Positions 25,422-34,411 of a DNA stretch of 64,000 bases are shown piece after piece; within the stretch, counting starts at the first letter, position 1; each line of letters opens with the position of its first letter. This stretch comes from Patescibacteria group bacterium. Its GTDB lineage: Bacteria; Patescibacteriota; Minisyncoccia; UBA6257; GWB1-50-10. The position numbers were made by a program, and so were the translations under genes. The notes beneath the pieces were generated by a model. It was not told the origin of the DNA and searched no databases. It saw only the letters and a program-made list of their open reading frames with translations. The stretch lies in NCBI GenBank assembly GCA_024239035.1, contig JANBVK010000001.1, forward strand, positions 107,010-171,009, in the 5' to 3' direction.

Positions 25422-26519
25422 TTAAACCGCAAAACCGTTCTCGGAGACAATATGGCGTATGTTCTCCTTAAACTGAACTTTAGAAAACCGCTCCGCCCGC
25501 TTGCTAATATAAGAACGGTCAAATGACGTTCGCTCAAAATCTTGAACTGCATTCATTAATGTCTGAACGGACTGCTCTCCGAAAAGCAGCCCGGTTTTCC
25601 CGTGCTCAACAATTTCCCTTCCGCCGCCCTCGTTATATGCGATAACCGGCAGACCGCAGGCCTGTGCCTCAGCCGCCACCAACCCGAAATCTTCAATCTG
25701 CGGGAATACTAATGCTTTAGCATTACTGTACATTCGCCGTAACTCACTATCGCTCAAAAAAGGAATAAATTCCACATATTGAGAGTCGGCAAGTTTTTGA
25801 AGTTTGCTCATCTCCGGACCAACCCCAACAATCTTCAATGGTTTTTTTAAACGGTTGAACGCCTTAATCCCTAAATCAAATCCCTTGTAATAAAGCAAAC
25901 GACCCGCCATTAAAAAATATTCTTTCCCGGAAGTAATGGGTTCCGGATAAAAAGTCTCCGTATCAACCGGAGGGTAGACGACGCGTGCCTCCCTGCCGTA
26001 ACACGACTGGACTTTCCCGGCGATAAACTCGGAATTAGCAATAAAGAAATCAACTTTCTGCGCGGCTCTCTTATCCCACGCACGCAGTAAGCGGGCAATA
26101 GGACGAAGGATGCCTTTTGTAAGAGGCCATGGGGAAAAGGGTAAATTCTTCAGATAATCTATCTCCCACGCGTAACGGAGCGGGCTGTGACAATAACTTA
26201 TGTGATATGGGGCGTGTATAGAAATACCTTTGGCGTATCCGGCAGTAGACGAAATAACGAGGTCGTATTTCTCGGGACTCCGTAGTAATCTCGCTGCAAA
26301 GGGCATTAGAGGTATAAAAGCACGATGGCGCCCCCTCACAAAAAAACTATCAAGAATGCTCGTTTTTCTTATGTTTTTCCTGAAAAACCCAAACGTCTTT
26401 TTCTCATCATAAAGGAGAGTATAAAGATCGGCTTTGGGGAAAATTTCAAGGAGAGTCATCAAAACCCTCTCCGCCCCTCCAAATTGGTTCAAATAATCAT
26501 GAAGAATAGCAACACGCAT
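25422..26519 (-). CDS. Glycosyltransferase family 4 (GT-B, retaining)
   Basis: C-terminal FPQIEDFGLVAAEAQACGLPVIAYNEGG (EX7E-type GT4 signature). Confidence 0.85.
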   Translation of the reverse strand: MRVAILHDYLNQFGGAERVLMTLLEIFPKADLYTLLYDEKKTFGFFRKNIRKTSILDSFFVRGRHRAFIPLMPFAARLLRSPEKYDLVISSTAGYAKGISIHAPYHISYCHSPLRYAWEIDYLKNLPFSPWPLTKGILRPIARLLRAWDKRAAQKVDFFIANSEFIAGKVQSCYGREARVVYPPVDTETFYPEPITSGKEYFLMAGRLLYYKGFDLGIKAFNRLKKPLKIVGVGPEMSKLQKLADSQYVEFIPFLSDSELRRMYSNAKALVFPQIEDFGLVAAEAQACGLPVIAYNEGGGREIVEHGKTGLLFGEQSVQTLMNAVQDFERTSFDRSYISKRAERFSKVQFKENIRHIVSENGFAV

Positions 26520-26611
26520 CCCCTCATTTTATAACTTTTTCCTGCCTTGCGCCATAAATTTACCGGAGAAAACCAACCACCAAAAAGATTTTTCTGTTTC
26601 TGAAGAAAACC

Positions 26612-27199
26612 CTAAACCCCCGTGGGGTCAGAAAAGAAAATCCAAACAGTTTTAAAAAGTATCTTTATGTCTAACCAAAGTGACTGATGTTCAACGTAAT
26701 AAAAGTCCAACTCCAATTCCTTAAAATACGGCAAAGCCGACGCGCCGCTCACCTGTGATAGACCGGTGAGTCCGGCTTTTGCAAAATACAATTTCTTAAA
26801 TCCCGGAGGATACTGCGCGACTTCTTCTGGCTCATGCGGCCGCGGTCCCACCAGCGCTAATTCTCCTTTTAAAACGTTTAAAAACTGCGGAAATTCATCC
26901 AACCGAAATTTCCGCAGCAATTTCCCAACCCCCGTAAGTCTCGGGTCGTCCTTAATTTTAAAAAACGGCCCGTCGTTCCGCTCATTCAAATGAGCGAGAT
27001 TTCTTTTTGTAGCATGCGCCCCCTGCACCATTGAGCGGAATTTATATACCTTAATAACCTTTCCCCCGCTTACCCGATCAAGTTTAACTAAAACCGGCCG
27101 ACCGCCATTAAGTACGATCGCCAAAACAATAAAGGGTGTAAGCGGAAGAATAAACAATAACCCACAAACAGCACCTATGATATCAAAAAATCGTTTCAT
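26612..27199 (-). CDS. Sugar transferase (polyprenyl-phosphate glycosyl-1-phosphate transferase, WbaP/EpsL C-terminal domain type)
   Basis: Single TM then KFRSM, DEFPQFLNVLKGELALVGPRP and KAGLTGLSQV motifs typical of bacterial sugar transferases. Confidence 0.85.
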   Translation of the reverse strand: MKRFFDIIGAVCGLLFILPLTPFIVLAIVLNGGRPVLVKLDRVSGGKVIKVYKFRSMVQGAHATKRNLAHLNERNDGPFFKIKDDPRLTGVGKLLRKFRLDEFPQFLNVLKGELALVGPRPHEPEEVAQYPPGFKKLYFAKAGLTGLSQVSGASALPYFKELELDFYYVEHQSLWLDIKILFKTVWIFFSDPTGV

Positions 27200-27867
27200 G
27201 GAATTATTATGACAAACTCACCCTTCTTTTTTTCTCCTTGAAAATGCGATTGAGTCTCCAACATACTCCCCCTAAAAATTTCTTCGTGCAGTTTAGTAAG
27301 TTCTCGCGCAACAATAATTTCATATCCCTCTCCAAAAACTTCACTAATACTCGCCAGAGTTTTCTCCAGGCGGTGCGGTGATTCGTAAAGCACTATTGGT
27401 CTTACCTCAATAATCTCTAATTTTTTAAAAAAAGTCTGTCTCCCCTTCTTGTGGGGTGGATACCCTAAAAACGTAAATCTGTCGGCGTTCACTCCAGAGA
27501 CTGATAAAGCAGTGACAAGCGCCGACGGTCCCGGGATGGGAATAATTTTAGCGTCGGGAAGTTCTTCTTGAATAAATCTTACCAACCTCGAGCCGGGATC
27601 AGAAATCCCGGGCGTCCCTGCGTCAGAGACAAGCGCAACTCGTTCTCCTTTTCGCAACCTGTCACCTACCTCGCCGTGCACTCGCTCTGCTATGTGTTCA
27701 TCGTATCGCTTAAGCGGTTTTTTGACGTCATATTGATTTAGGAGTTTCTTAGTAACCCTCGTATCCTCCGCTAAAATCAAATCAACCTGCTTTAAAATCT
27801 CAAGCGCCCGCAGAGTTATGTCTTTCAAATTACCAATCGGAGTGGCGACAACGTATAATATACCCAT
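27196..27867 (-). CDS. rsmI: 16S rRNA (cytidine1402-2'-O)-methyltransferase RsmI (tetrapyrrole-methylase fold)
   Basis: GILYVVATPIGNLKDITLRALEIL N-terminus, typical of RsmI. Start taken at MGILYVV (the ORF-track start 27903 is probably too long). Confidence 0.8.
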   Translation of the reverse strand: MGILYVVATPIGNLKDITLRALEILKQVDLILAEDTRVTKKLLNQYDVKKPLKRYDEHIAERVHGEVGDRLRKGERVALVSDAGTPGISDPGSRLVRFIQEELPDAKIIPIPGPSALVTALSVSGVNADRFTFLGYPPHKKGRQTFFKKLEIIEVRPIVLYESPHRLEKTLASISEVFGEGYEIIVARELTKLHEEIFRGSMLETQSHFQGEKKKGEFVIIIP

Positions 27868-27917
27868 AATTCTTTGTTTCTTTATGTTTATTATTATACA
27901 CATTATCTCCGCTTAAA

Positions 27918-29018
27918 ATGACCAATAAAATCTTTTGGAAAATAGGAATAGGGGCTGTCTTAATTGTTTTGATTGTCTGGGGAGTGAATTCAGTAAACAA
28001 AGAGCAAGAAAAAGAATTGAGTTTCTCTTATGAGCGCGACCTGGTGTGGGGCGGTTATGGAACAGATGAAGGCGAATTCGACCTGCCTTATGGATCAGAT
28101 ATTGTTAGTATTGACGGAGAAGATTTTATTTTTATCTCGGATTGCCACAACAATAACGTTCAAAAGTTCACTCTCGATGGCGTATTCATTTCTCGGTTCG
28201 GAGAGCTGGGTAGCGAGCCGGGTCAGCTAGACCATCCTGCAGACATTAAAATCGACAAAGACAAAAATATCTGGGTAGTTGAGGAGGATAACCGACGTCT
28301 CTCAATATTCAATTATAATGGGGAGTTCATTGATAATTTTGAGATAACTGCAAAAGCAGCGATAGGAGATACAGGGGAGATTTATGGCATTACTTCTGAA
28401 CCTTTAAGCGTCGCGTTTGATAGTCAGGGAAATACTTACTTGTCCGATTTCGGAATGAGCCGGGTTTTTAAATTTAGTCCTTCGGGTGATATATCGTTTA
28501 TGTTAGGATACGGCGTTGAAGCAGGAGAAATTAGTATAAGGACCGAAGAAGTAAGTATAGGGACCGGTGATGGTGAATTTGATGGAAACTATTACATCGA
28601 AGTTGATAGCCAGGACAATCTCTATGTCGTGGATCGAGGCAACCATCGTATCCAAAAGTTCGACCCTAATGGCAACTTCCTGCTTAAATGGGGTAGGAAC
28701 GGCGGCGACGGGACACCAGGCAACCAGCCGGGTGAATTCAACTGGCCGCACGAAATAGCTATTGATAAATACGACAATGTTTATATCGCGGATACCTTTA
28801 ACAAGAGGATTCAAATTTTCAACAGCAACGGAGGATTCCTCCATCAATTCGGCGGTGATGGCGTATTCACGGCCCCTAAAACGGTAGCGGTTGATGAGAA
28901 GTTAACTTTATTTATAGGCGATGTTGGGGGTGAAACCACCTATGACGAGGAAGAAAGAGAGTTCCACTACGGACACGAAGATGAAGTAACGATTAGCCGA
29001 TGGAAGAACGTATATTAA
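27918..29018 (+). CDS. NHL-repeat beta-propeller protein with N-terminal TM anchor
   Basis: Repeated YVVDRGNHRIQKFD and YIADTFNKRIQIFN NHL signatures. Confidence 0.75.
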   Translation: MTNKIFWKIGIGAVLIVLIVWGVNSVNKEQEKELSFSYERDLVWGGYGTDEGEFDLPYGSDIVSIDGEDFIFISDCHNNNVQKFTLDGVFISRFGELGSEPGQLDHPADIKIDKDKNIWVVEEDNRRLSIFNYNGEFIDNFEITAKAAIGDTGEIYGITSEPLSVAFDSQGNTYLSDFGMSRVFKFSPSGDISFMLGYGVEAGEISIRTEEVSIGTGDGEFDGNYYIEVDSQDNLYVVDRGNHRIQKFDPNGNFLLKWGRNGGDGTPGNQPGEFNWPHEIAIDKYDNVYIADTFNKRIQIFNSNGGFLHQFGGDGVFTAPKTVAVDEKLTLFIGDVGGETTYDEEEREFHYGHEDEVTISRWKNVY

Positions 29019-29058
29019 ATTAAGCCCTCTACAGCGCAAGGTAAAATCTCTTTTTCTG

Positions 29059-29130
29059 TAGCCCCAAGGGGAATCGAACCCCTGTTTTCAGGATGAGAAC
29101 CTGATGTCCTGGCCACTAGACGATGGGGCC
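29059..29130 (-). tRNA. tRNA-Glu (anticodon CUC), no encoded CCA
   Basis: GGCCCCATCGTCTAGTGGCCAGGACATCAGGTTCTCATCCTGAAAACAGGGGTTCGATTCCCCTTGGGGCTA, closely resembling bacterial tRNA-Glu. Anticodon loop UUCUCAU. Confidence 0.85.
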
Positions 29131-29138
29131 AATTTAGC

Positions 29139-30470
29139 CTACAACCCCCGCCTGCCGGTAGGCAGGTAATTGTCATACAATCCCCGCTTCCTCAACCAGC
29201 GCCCGCTCTGCCGTACCAGTAACTCCCTCGCCCGGGCAGGTTCGGCCATCACTTCCTTAACAACTCTCTCCATCCTCACCGACTGCGATCCTTTCACTAA
29301 AATCAAATCTTCTTTCCGGATTTCCTCCTGCAGCCGCCTACCGCATTCACGGACGCTCATGAAGCTCAATACTTTCTTCCGAGGAAAGCCCGCACGAACC
29401 GCAGACTCAGCAATAAATTTAGCCCGTGTGCCAACGGTAAACAATAGATCTGTGCTCTTCGCTGCTAGCCGCCCCGCTCCTTTATGCGCCTCTATTGTGT
29501 ACTTTCCCAACTCCAGCATATCACCGAGAACCGCAATCTTTCTCTTAGCTTTTAAACTTCTTAACGTATCCAATGCCTCGTGCATTGCAACCGGCGAAGC
29601 GTTATAGGTATCATCAATAATAACACTCTCCTTAATGCCGCCCAATGCTCTAAGCCGGCCGGGCGGAGATCTGTAACCTGATAAGGCATCAGCAATTTTA
29701 GCCAAATTCATTCCATAAATCAAACCCACCGCAACGGCCGCCGCCGCCGCATAAGCGTGGGCCCTGCTCAAAACTTTTGTAAGCCGCACCGATACAGAAT
29801 TCCCTCCATATCTTAGCTTAAAAGTTATACCTGTAAACTTCTTATCAAAATGGTTTTGAAAACCGCTGATGCGTATATCAACGCCCCCTGAAAACCCGAA
29901 CGTCATGGGGTGAGCCCGGCTCTCTTTTTTCATTTCCAAAACGGCGATATCATCGGCGTTTAAAACTGAAAAACCGGTTACCGGCAAACTTTTTACAAGT
30001 TTTAACTTTTCCTGCGCCACTGCTTCCGGCCCGGCAAAAAACTCAACATGCACCGGAATCTCCCCCAATGCGGTTACAACGCCGATATGCGGCCGGGCAA
30101 CGTCAAGAAGATATTTCATGTCTCCCGGTCTGTCCACGCCGTATTCCAAAACCAAAATCTCCGGATAAGAGGGGTTCTTAACGAAAATTTGAAATAAAGA
30201 AGAAGTAATTACTCTAAACCAAAAGAACAACCCTCCGGTAGAATCCCAATCTCCCAAAATTGTAAGCGGCAATCCTAGTTCGTTGTTAAAGCTCTTTAAA
30301 GAAACTCTCACCCGCCGGCTATGACCTAAAACGGTCACCAATGCCGCCTTAGTGGAAGTCTTGCCGACGTTACCGGTTACGCCAACGATACCGGGCTTAT
30401 AACGCCTTAGAGTAAGCCTGGCCAGTATCTTTAACTTCCAGGCTAAAATTTTGATAAAAGGATTCCTCAT
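29139..30470 (-). CDS. murF: UDP-N-acetylmuramoyl-tripeptide--D-alanyl-D-alanine ligase (Mur ligase, most likely MurF)
   Basis: GVTGNVGKTSTKAA P-loop of Mur ligases. Located downstream of ftsI in the division/cell-wall cluster. Confidence 0.7.
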   Translation of the reverse strand: MRNPFIKILAWKLKILARLTLRRYKPGIVGVTGNVGKTSTKAALVTVLGHSRRVRVSLKSFNNELGLPLTILGDWDSTGGLFFWFRVITSSLFQIFVKNPSYPEILVLEYGVDRPGDMKYLLDVARPHIGVVTALGEIPVHVEFFAGPEAVAQEKLKLVKSLPVTGFSVLNADDIAVLEMKKESRAHPMTFGFSGGVDIRISGFQNHFDKKFTGITFKLRYGGNSVSVRLTKVLSRAHAYAAAAAVAVGLIYGMNLAKIADALSGYRSPPGRLRALGGIKESVIIDDTYNASPVAMHEALDTLRSLKAKRKIAVLGDMLELGKYTIEAHKGAGRLAAKSTDLLFTVGTRAKFIAESAVRAGFPRKKVLSFMSVRECGRRLQEEIRKEDLILVKGSQSVRMERVVKEVMAEPARARELLVRQSGRWLRKRGLYDNYLPTGRRGL

Positions 30471-30499
30471 GCCGCTTGTTATATGTTACACGATGCATA

Positions 30500-32089
30500 T
30501 CACTGACTCAATTTATCCGGCGGAATATTATAATAATTCAAAACGTATTCCGCCAACTCCCTGAATGCCGGCACAACCGTCAAGCCAGCCAAAGAACTCT
30601 CAGGCTTATCTAATTTTAAAAGAATAACAAATCTGGAGTTACTTGCCGGAGCGAAACCAACGAAAGTGTGAATAAGCTCTTCCGTATAACCGCCTTTCTC
30701 AAAATCGGGAATCTGAGCCGTTCCCGTTTTCCCGGCCACCCGATACTGAGGAATGGCCGCAACGACCGCTTTCTCCACCGCCCGTTCCATCATCGTGGTA
30801 ACCTGACGAGCCGTCTCCTTGCTTACCACCCGCCGGACCACGTACGGCTCGGCCTCCCCATCAGTGTAAGGTCTCATAAGCAATCCGCCGTTTGCAATGG
30901 CTGAGAAAGCATTAATCAGTTGAACGGGCGTTACGGCTGTTCCTTGGCCAAACGAAGCAGTGGCAAAATCAATTGCCCGGGCGTCTTTTCTTTCTAAGTT
31001 CCTCAAACTTCCTCCTGCCTCATCCGGTAGATCAACATCCGTTCTTTCCCCAAACCCGAATTTCTTCAAGTATTCGTAAAAAATTTGATGCCCCGTTTCC
31101 TGCTCCGCAAAAACCGCGCCCGTGTTCACTGATTTCTCAATCACTTTAGACATAGTAATTTCACCGTATGCCTTCTTGTCCCAATTCCGAATCGTCTTTC
31201 CGTTTAAAGTAACGCTCCCCTTGTCAACATATGTCGTCTCTGGAGTAATCGCTCCGCTGTCAATGCCGGCCGCCATAGTGAGCGGCTTAAACACAGACCC
31301 GGGCTCATAGATATACTGGACGGCCGGATTCAAAAAACTCCCGATAGGAAACTCACTATAAGCGTTCGGGTCAAAATCCGGAGCGTTGGCTAATGCCAAA
31401 ACTTTCCCCGTAGCGGGTTCTTGGATAATGACTGTTCCTCCACTCGCCTTAAATCGCGAAACAAGTTCTCTCAGCGTCTGCTCGGCCTGCGATTGAAGGG
31501 TGATATCAATCGTCAAATGCACGTCGTCTCCCTCGGCTAAATCCCCGTTACGGAGTTTCTCAATCCCATAGAGTCCCGCCGGCTCGTCATTCTCGGTATT
31601 TACCCCCACAAAGCCGGTAAGATGCGACGCCAACTTACCATATGAGTAGAAACGGTACTGTTTTTTATTAAAATAGACGCCTTCTAAGGCTATGTCCCGA
31701 ATAGCTGAAATCTGTTCCGGAGAAGCCCGGTCAACCAGTAACCTGAACGAACTTTCCGGATTATCGAGAACTTCTTGCAAATCCTCCTCTTCCCAACCAA
31801 CGATTGGAGCCAGGACTTTAGCAGCTAAGTAAGAATTACCGATCTCCTTCGGGGAAGCAAAGATGACCGGATAGTCGCGGTTCAGAGCCACCCGCGCAGC
31901 GCTACCGTTTCTATCAGTAAAAAAGATTTGTCCCCGCCTCAATTCAAGTTCCGCCTGAAACTCATTTCTCGCTTGGGCTCTTTCAAAATAATAATTCCCA
32001 TCTTTAACCTGCAAATCGTAAAGTTTAAGACCAAGCAGGCCGTAGCTCAATCCAAATATTAAAGTTAAAGCGAAGAATCGGAAAGCCAT
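30500..32089 (-). CDS. ftsI: Penicillin-binding protein transpeptidase (FtsI/PBP3-like)
   Basis: SxxK (GSVFKP), SxN (SVNT) and KTGT motifs. N-terminal TM. Division-cluster context. Confidence 0.85.
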   Translation of the reverse strand: MAFRFFALTLIFGLSYGLLGLKLYDLQVKDGNYYFERAQARNEFQAELELRRGQIFFTDRNGSAARVALNRDYPVIFASPKEIGNSYLAAKVLAPIVGWEEEDLQEVLDNPESSFRLLVDRASPEQISAIRDIALEGVYFNKKQYRFYSYGKLASHLTGFVGVNTENDEPAGLYGIEKLRNGDLAEGDDVHLTIDITLQSQAEQTLRELVSRFKASGGTVIIQEPATGKVLALANAPDFDPNAYSEFPIGSFLNPAVQYIYEPGSVFKPLTMAAGIDSGAITPETTYVDKGSVTLNGKTIRNWDKKAYGEITMSKVIEKSVNTGAVFAEQETGHQIFYEYLKKFGFGERTDVDLPDEAGGSLRNLERKDARAIDFATASFGQGTAVTPVQLINAFSAIANGGLLMRPYTDGEAEPYVVRRVVSKETARQVTTMMERAVEKAVVAAIPQYRVAGKTGTAQIPDFEKGGYTEELIHTFVGFAPASNSRFVILLKLDKPESSLAGLTVVPAFRELAEYVLNYYNIPPDKLSQ

Positions 32090-32376
32090 TGGTTACTGTT
32101 TAAGTAATCCGGGTTTCTCTCTAAAACCAAACTATGCTCCGATGCCAGCCCTCCTAAATTAGCCGGATCAGTTATTTTATAAATATTATTTTTTAAGTCT
32201 GCGTTTAAAGCTTGTCCTTTAACAATATCTTCTTTCAAAGTTTTTAACTGAAAGCGGGTGTCAACCAAAGAGTTATATGTAAATATGTAAACCAAACCTC
32301 CTACTAAAGCGACAGCAAAAACTAAAATCAGAAAACGAACGTAATCTTGATATTCGGATGGTTTAATGATTGTCAT
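32065..32376 (-). CDS. ftsL: Cell division protein FtsL-like small bitopic protein
   Basis: 103 aa, single TM, located between rsmH and ftsI. Confidence 0.55.
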   Translation of the reverse strand: MTIIKPSEYQDYVRFLILVFAVALVGGLVYIFTYNSLVDTRFQLKTLKEDIVKGQALNADLKNNIYKITDPANLGGLASEHSLVLERNPDYLNSNQWLSDSSL

Positions 32377-32383
32377 AAATTTA

Positions 32384-33253
32384 TTAGAGAATTTTTATGG
32401 CGCGGAGTTTAGCAGACCGGCTTCGCGGGTTATCTAAAACTTCTTCCTTGCTCGGAACAATCGGCTTCTTGGTTAAAATTTCTGCTTTTCCCTCTTTAGA
32501 TAAATCCCTAAAGCTGTGTTTAACAATCCTGTCTTCCAAAGAATGAAAAGAGATAACTACCGCCCGCCCGTGAGGATTTAAAATTTCAGGAATACAGTTT
32601 AGAACGGTTTCTAAATTCTTAAGTTCTTGATTTACGAAAATCCGCAATGCCTGAAACGTTCGGGTAGCCGGGTGGATTCTTGCATGAGCGTAACTCTTGG
32701 GAACCACCCCGGAGATTATGTCAGCAAGGACCTTAGAAGTCCTAATTGGTAAATTCTTTTTAATGGCTCTGGCAATTCTGTAAGCAAAGCGTTCTTCGCC
32801 AAAATCTTTAATGATCTTTGCTAATTCCGATTCCTTTAATTTTTCCAGCCATTTATAAACCGGCTTGGACTCCTCCGAATATCTCATATCAAGCTTCTCG
32901 TCGCGCTGAAAGCTAAATCCTTTCTCCGAGCTCTCCAACTGCTCGGAAGAAAGCCCCAAATCAAGCAATAACCCGTCTGCCTTTCCTAATTTTTTATTTT
33001 TTAATATCATCGGCACGTTTTTGTAATTGTCGCTTACTAAAATAACATTTTTACGATTTGCCATTTGCACTTTACGCTTTGCAATTACATCTTTATCCCA
33101 ATCAATCCCTAAGAACTTTCCGCCCGGCATAATTTTCTCCAAAACTGCAGCCGCATGTCCTCCCCCATCAAGTGTCCCGTCAATAAAGAATTCTCCGGGT
33201 TTGGGGTCCAAAAACTCTATTACTTCCCTTAAAAGAACCGGCTTGTGCTTCAT
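32384..33253 (-). CDS. rsmH: 16S rRNA m4C1402 methyltransferase RsmH (MraW)
   Basis: KPVLLREVIEFL...DGTLGGGGH N-terminal motif. Follows mraZ. Confidence 0.9.
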   Translation of the reverse strand: MKHKPVLLREVIEFLDPKPGEFFIDGTLDGGGHAAAVLEKIMPGGKFLGIDWDKDVIAKRKVQMANRKNVILVSDNYKNVPMILKNKKLGKADGLLLDLGLSSEQLESSEKGFSFQRDEKLDMRYSEESKPVYKWLEKLKESELAKIIKDFGEERFAYRIARAIKKNLPIRTSKVLADIISGVVPKSYAHARIHPATRTFQALRIFVNQELKNLETVLNCIPEILNPHGRAVVISFHSLEDRIVKHSFRDLSKEGKAEILTKKPIVPSKEEVLDNPRSRSAKLRAIKIL

Positions 33254-33263
33254 GCCCCATAAA

Positions 33264-33710
33264 TCATATCCCTAGCTCCCCTAATTTTTCCGCTATCTCA
33301 TCAGAGGCCGCTTCGGTCTTGGATTTATACTGCTTCCATGCATCTGCATCCCACACCTCAGCCCGATTAAAAAGCCCCGCAACAACTACCTGCTTTTTCA
33401 GGCCTGCGTATTCTCTCAGATAATCAGGAATTAAAATGCGTCCCTGAACATCGAGACGCACGTCGCTTGCCCCGGCAAGCATAAGCCGGACAAATGCCCG
33501 GGAGTTTGCTTGCGCAAGCGGTAGTGAGGTGAGTTTTTCCACTAACCCTTCCCACTCCTTCAACCCGAAAATAAAGAGCGACCGGTCAAGTCCGCGCGTA
33601 ATAATCGCCCCGGCGCTTAAATCCGTCCTGAACTTCGCCGGAACCGCCATTCGACCTTTAGAATCTAAATTATGTTTGTATTCACCTAATAACATAATCG
33701 TCTCCCCCAC
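33264..33710 (-). CDS. mraZ: Transcriptional regulator MraZ
   Basis: Duplicated DxxxR motifs (LDSKGRMAVP, LDVQGRILIP). 148 aa. Confidence 0.9.
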   Translation of the reverse strand: MGETIMLLGEYKHNLDSKGRMAVPAKFRTDLSAGAIITRGLDRSLFIFGLKEWEGLVEKLTSLPLAQANSRAFVRLMLAGASDVRLDVQGRILIPDYLREYAGLKKQVVVAGLFNRAEVWDADAWKQYKSKTEAASDEIAEKLGELGI

Positions 33711-33911
33711 TTAAAGGAGGTAAAACTCTTTACTCGTGAGTATGTCGGAGAGTGTTATAAAATTCGCGAGAGAGAATGATAAGCAATAGAACAAAATTGT
33801 TGTTTGAGCGAAGCGAGTTTGATTTTGTTCGTCTTTGCTTCATTCAAGCAAGCTTGAATTTTAAACACTCGGAGACTTTTACGAATGAGAAAGAGCTTTA
33901 GCGAACTAACT

Positions 33912-33962
33912 TTATCCCCAGAACTGCCTAGTTATCCCCAGAACTGTCCACAATTCCCCACT
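33912..33962. promoter_or_regulatory. Three TGGGG(A) direct repeats at exact 20-bp spacing (two full TTATCCCCAGAACTG units plus a third partial) about 200 bp upstream of mraZ. Candidate MraZ operator.
   Basis: CCCCA at 33916, 33936 and 33956 on the + strand, which reads TGGGG in the gene orientation. Confidence 0.45.
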
Positions 33963-33997
33963 TGAGTTTAATATTACCCCACCCGATCAAACCGAGT

Positions 33998-34025
33998 CAA
34001 AAACAAAAATCCGCCACCCGGCGGA
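33998..34025 (-). terminator. Rho-independent terminator after cutA (CCGCCGGGTGGCGG plus TTTTTGTTTTT on the minus strand)
   Basis: Hairpin followed by a T-run in the minus orientation, 64 nt after the cutA stop. Confidence 0.65.
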
Positions 34026-34087
34026 ACCAAAAAACCTTTATTCATGCGGATATTAGTTTCTAAAGCACTTAAGTTATTAACAAGTTA

Positions 34088-34411
34088 TCAACCCGTCTCC
34101 CCTCTCAACCATTTCATATAGTCAGCACTAACGTTATCAATGTCTATTGAGCCGACAAACGGCAGCTCATCATTGTGCATTTTTTTAGCTATTCTCTCTA
34201 GTTTTTTAAAATTCTTCGGCAGAGTTTCCATTACCAATAAGCATCCTTTAGCCGTTTCGATCTTGCCGCTCTTCGGCGGCCAAAAGTAACGGGCCAGCAA
34301 CCGCGGAAATATATCAAAACACGCCGCCAATCTTTCTTCCAAAGACTTATTGCCAATATCAGTGGCTTCTTTAACAGTATTACAATTCACCAAAACCCAG
34401 ATGATTTTCAT
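34088..34411 (-). CDS. cutA: Divalent-cation tolerance protein CutA1 family
   Basis: 107 aa. CutA-like sequence: IIWVLVNCNTVKEATDIGNKSLEERLAAC...ELPFVGSIDIDN. Confidence 0.7.
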   Translation of the reverse strand: MKIIWVLVNCNTVKEATDIGNKSLEERLAACFDIFPRLLARYFWPPKSGKIETAKGCLLVMETLPKNFKKLERIAKKMHNDELPFVGSIDIDNVSADYMKWLRGETG

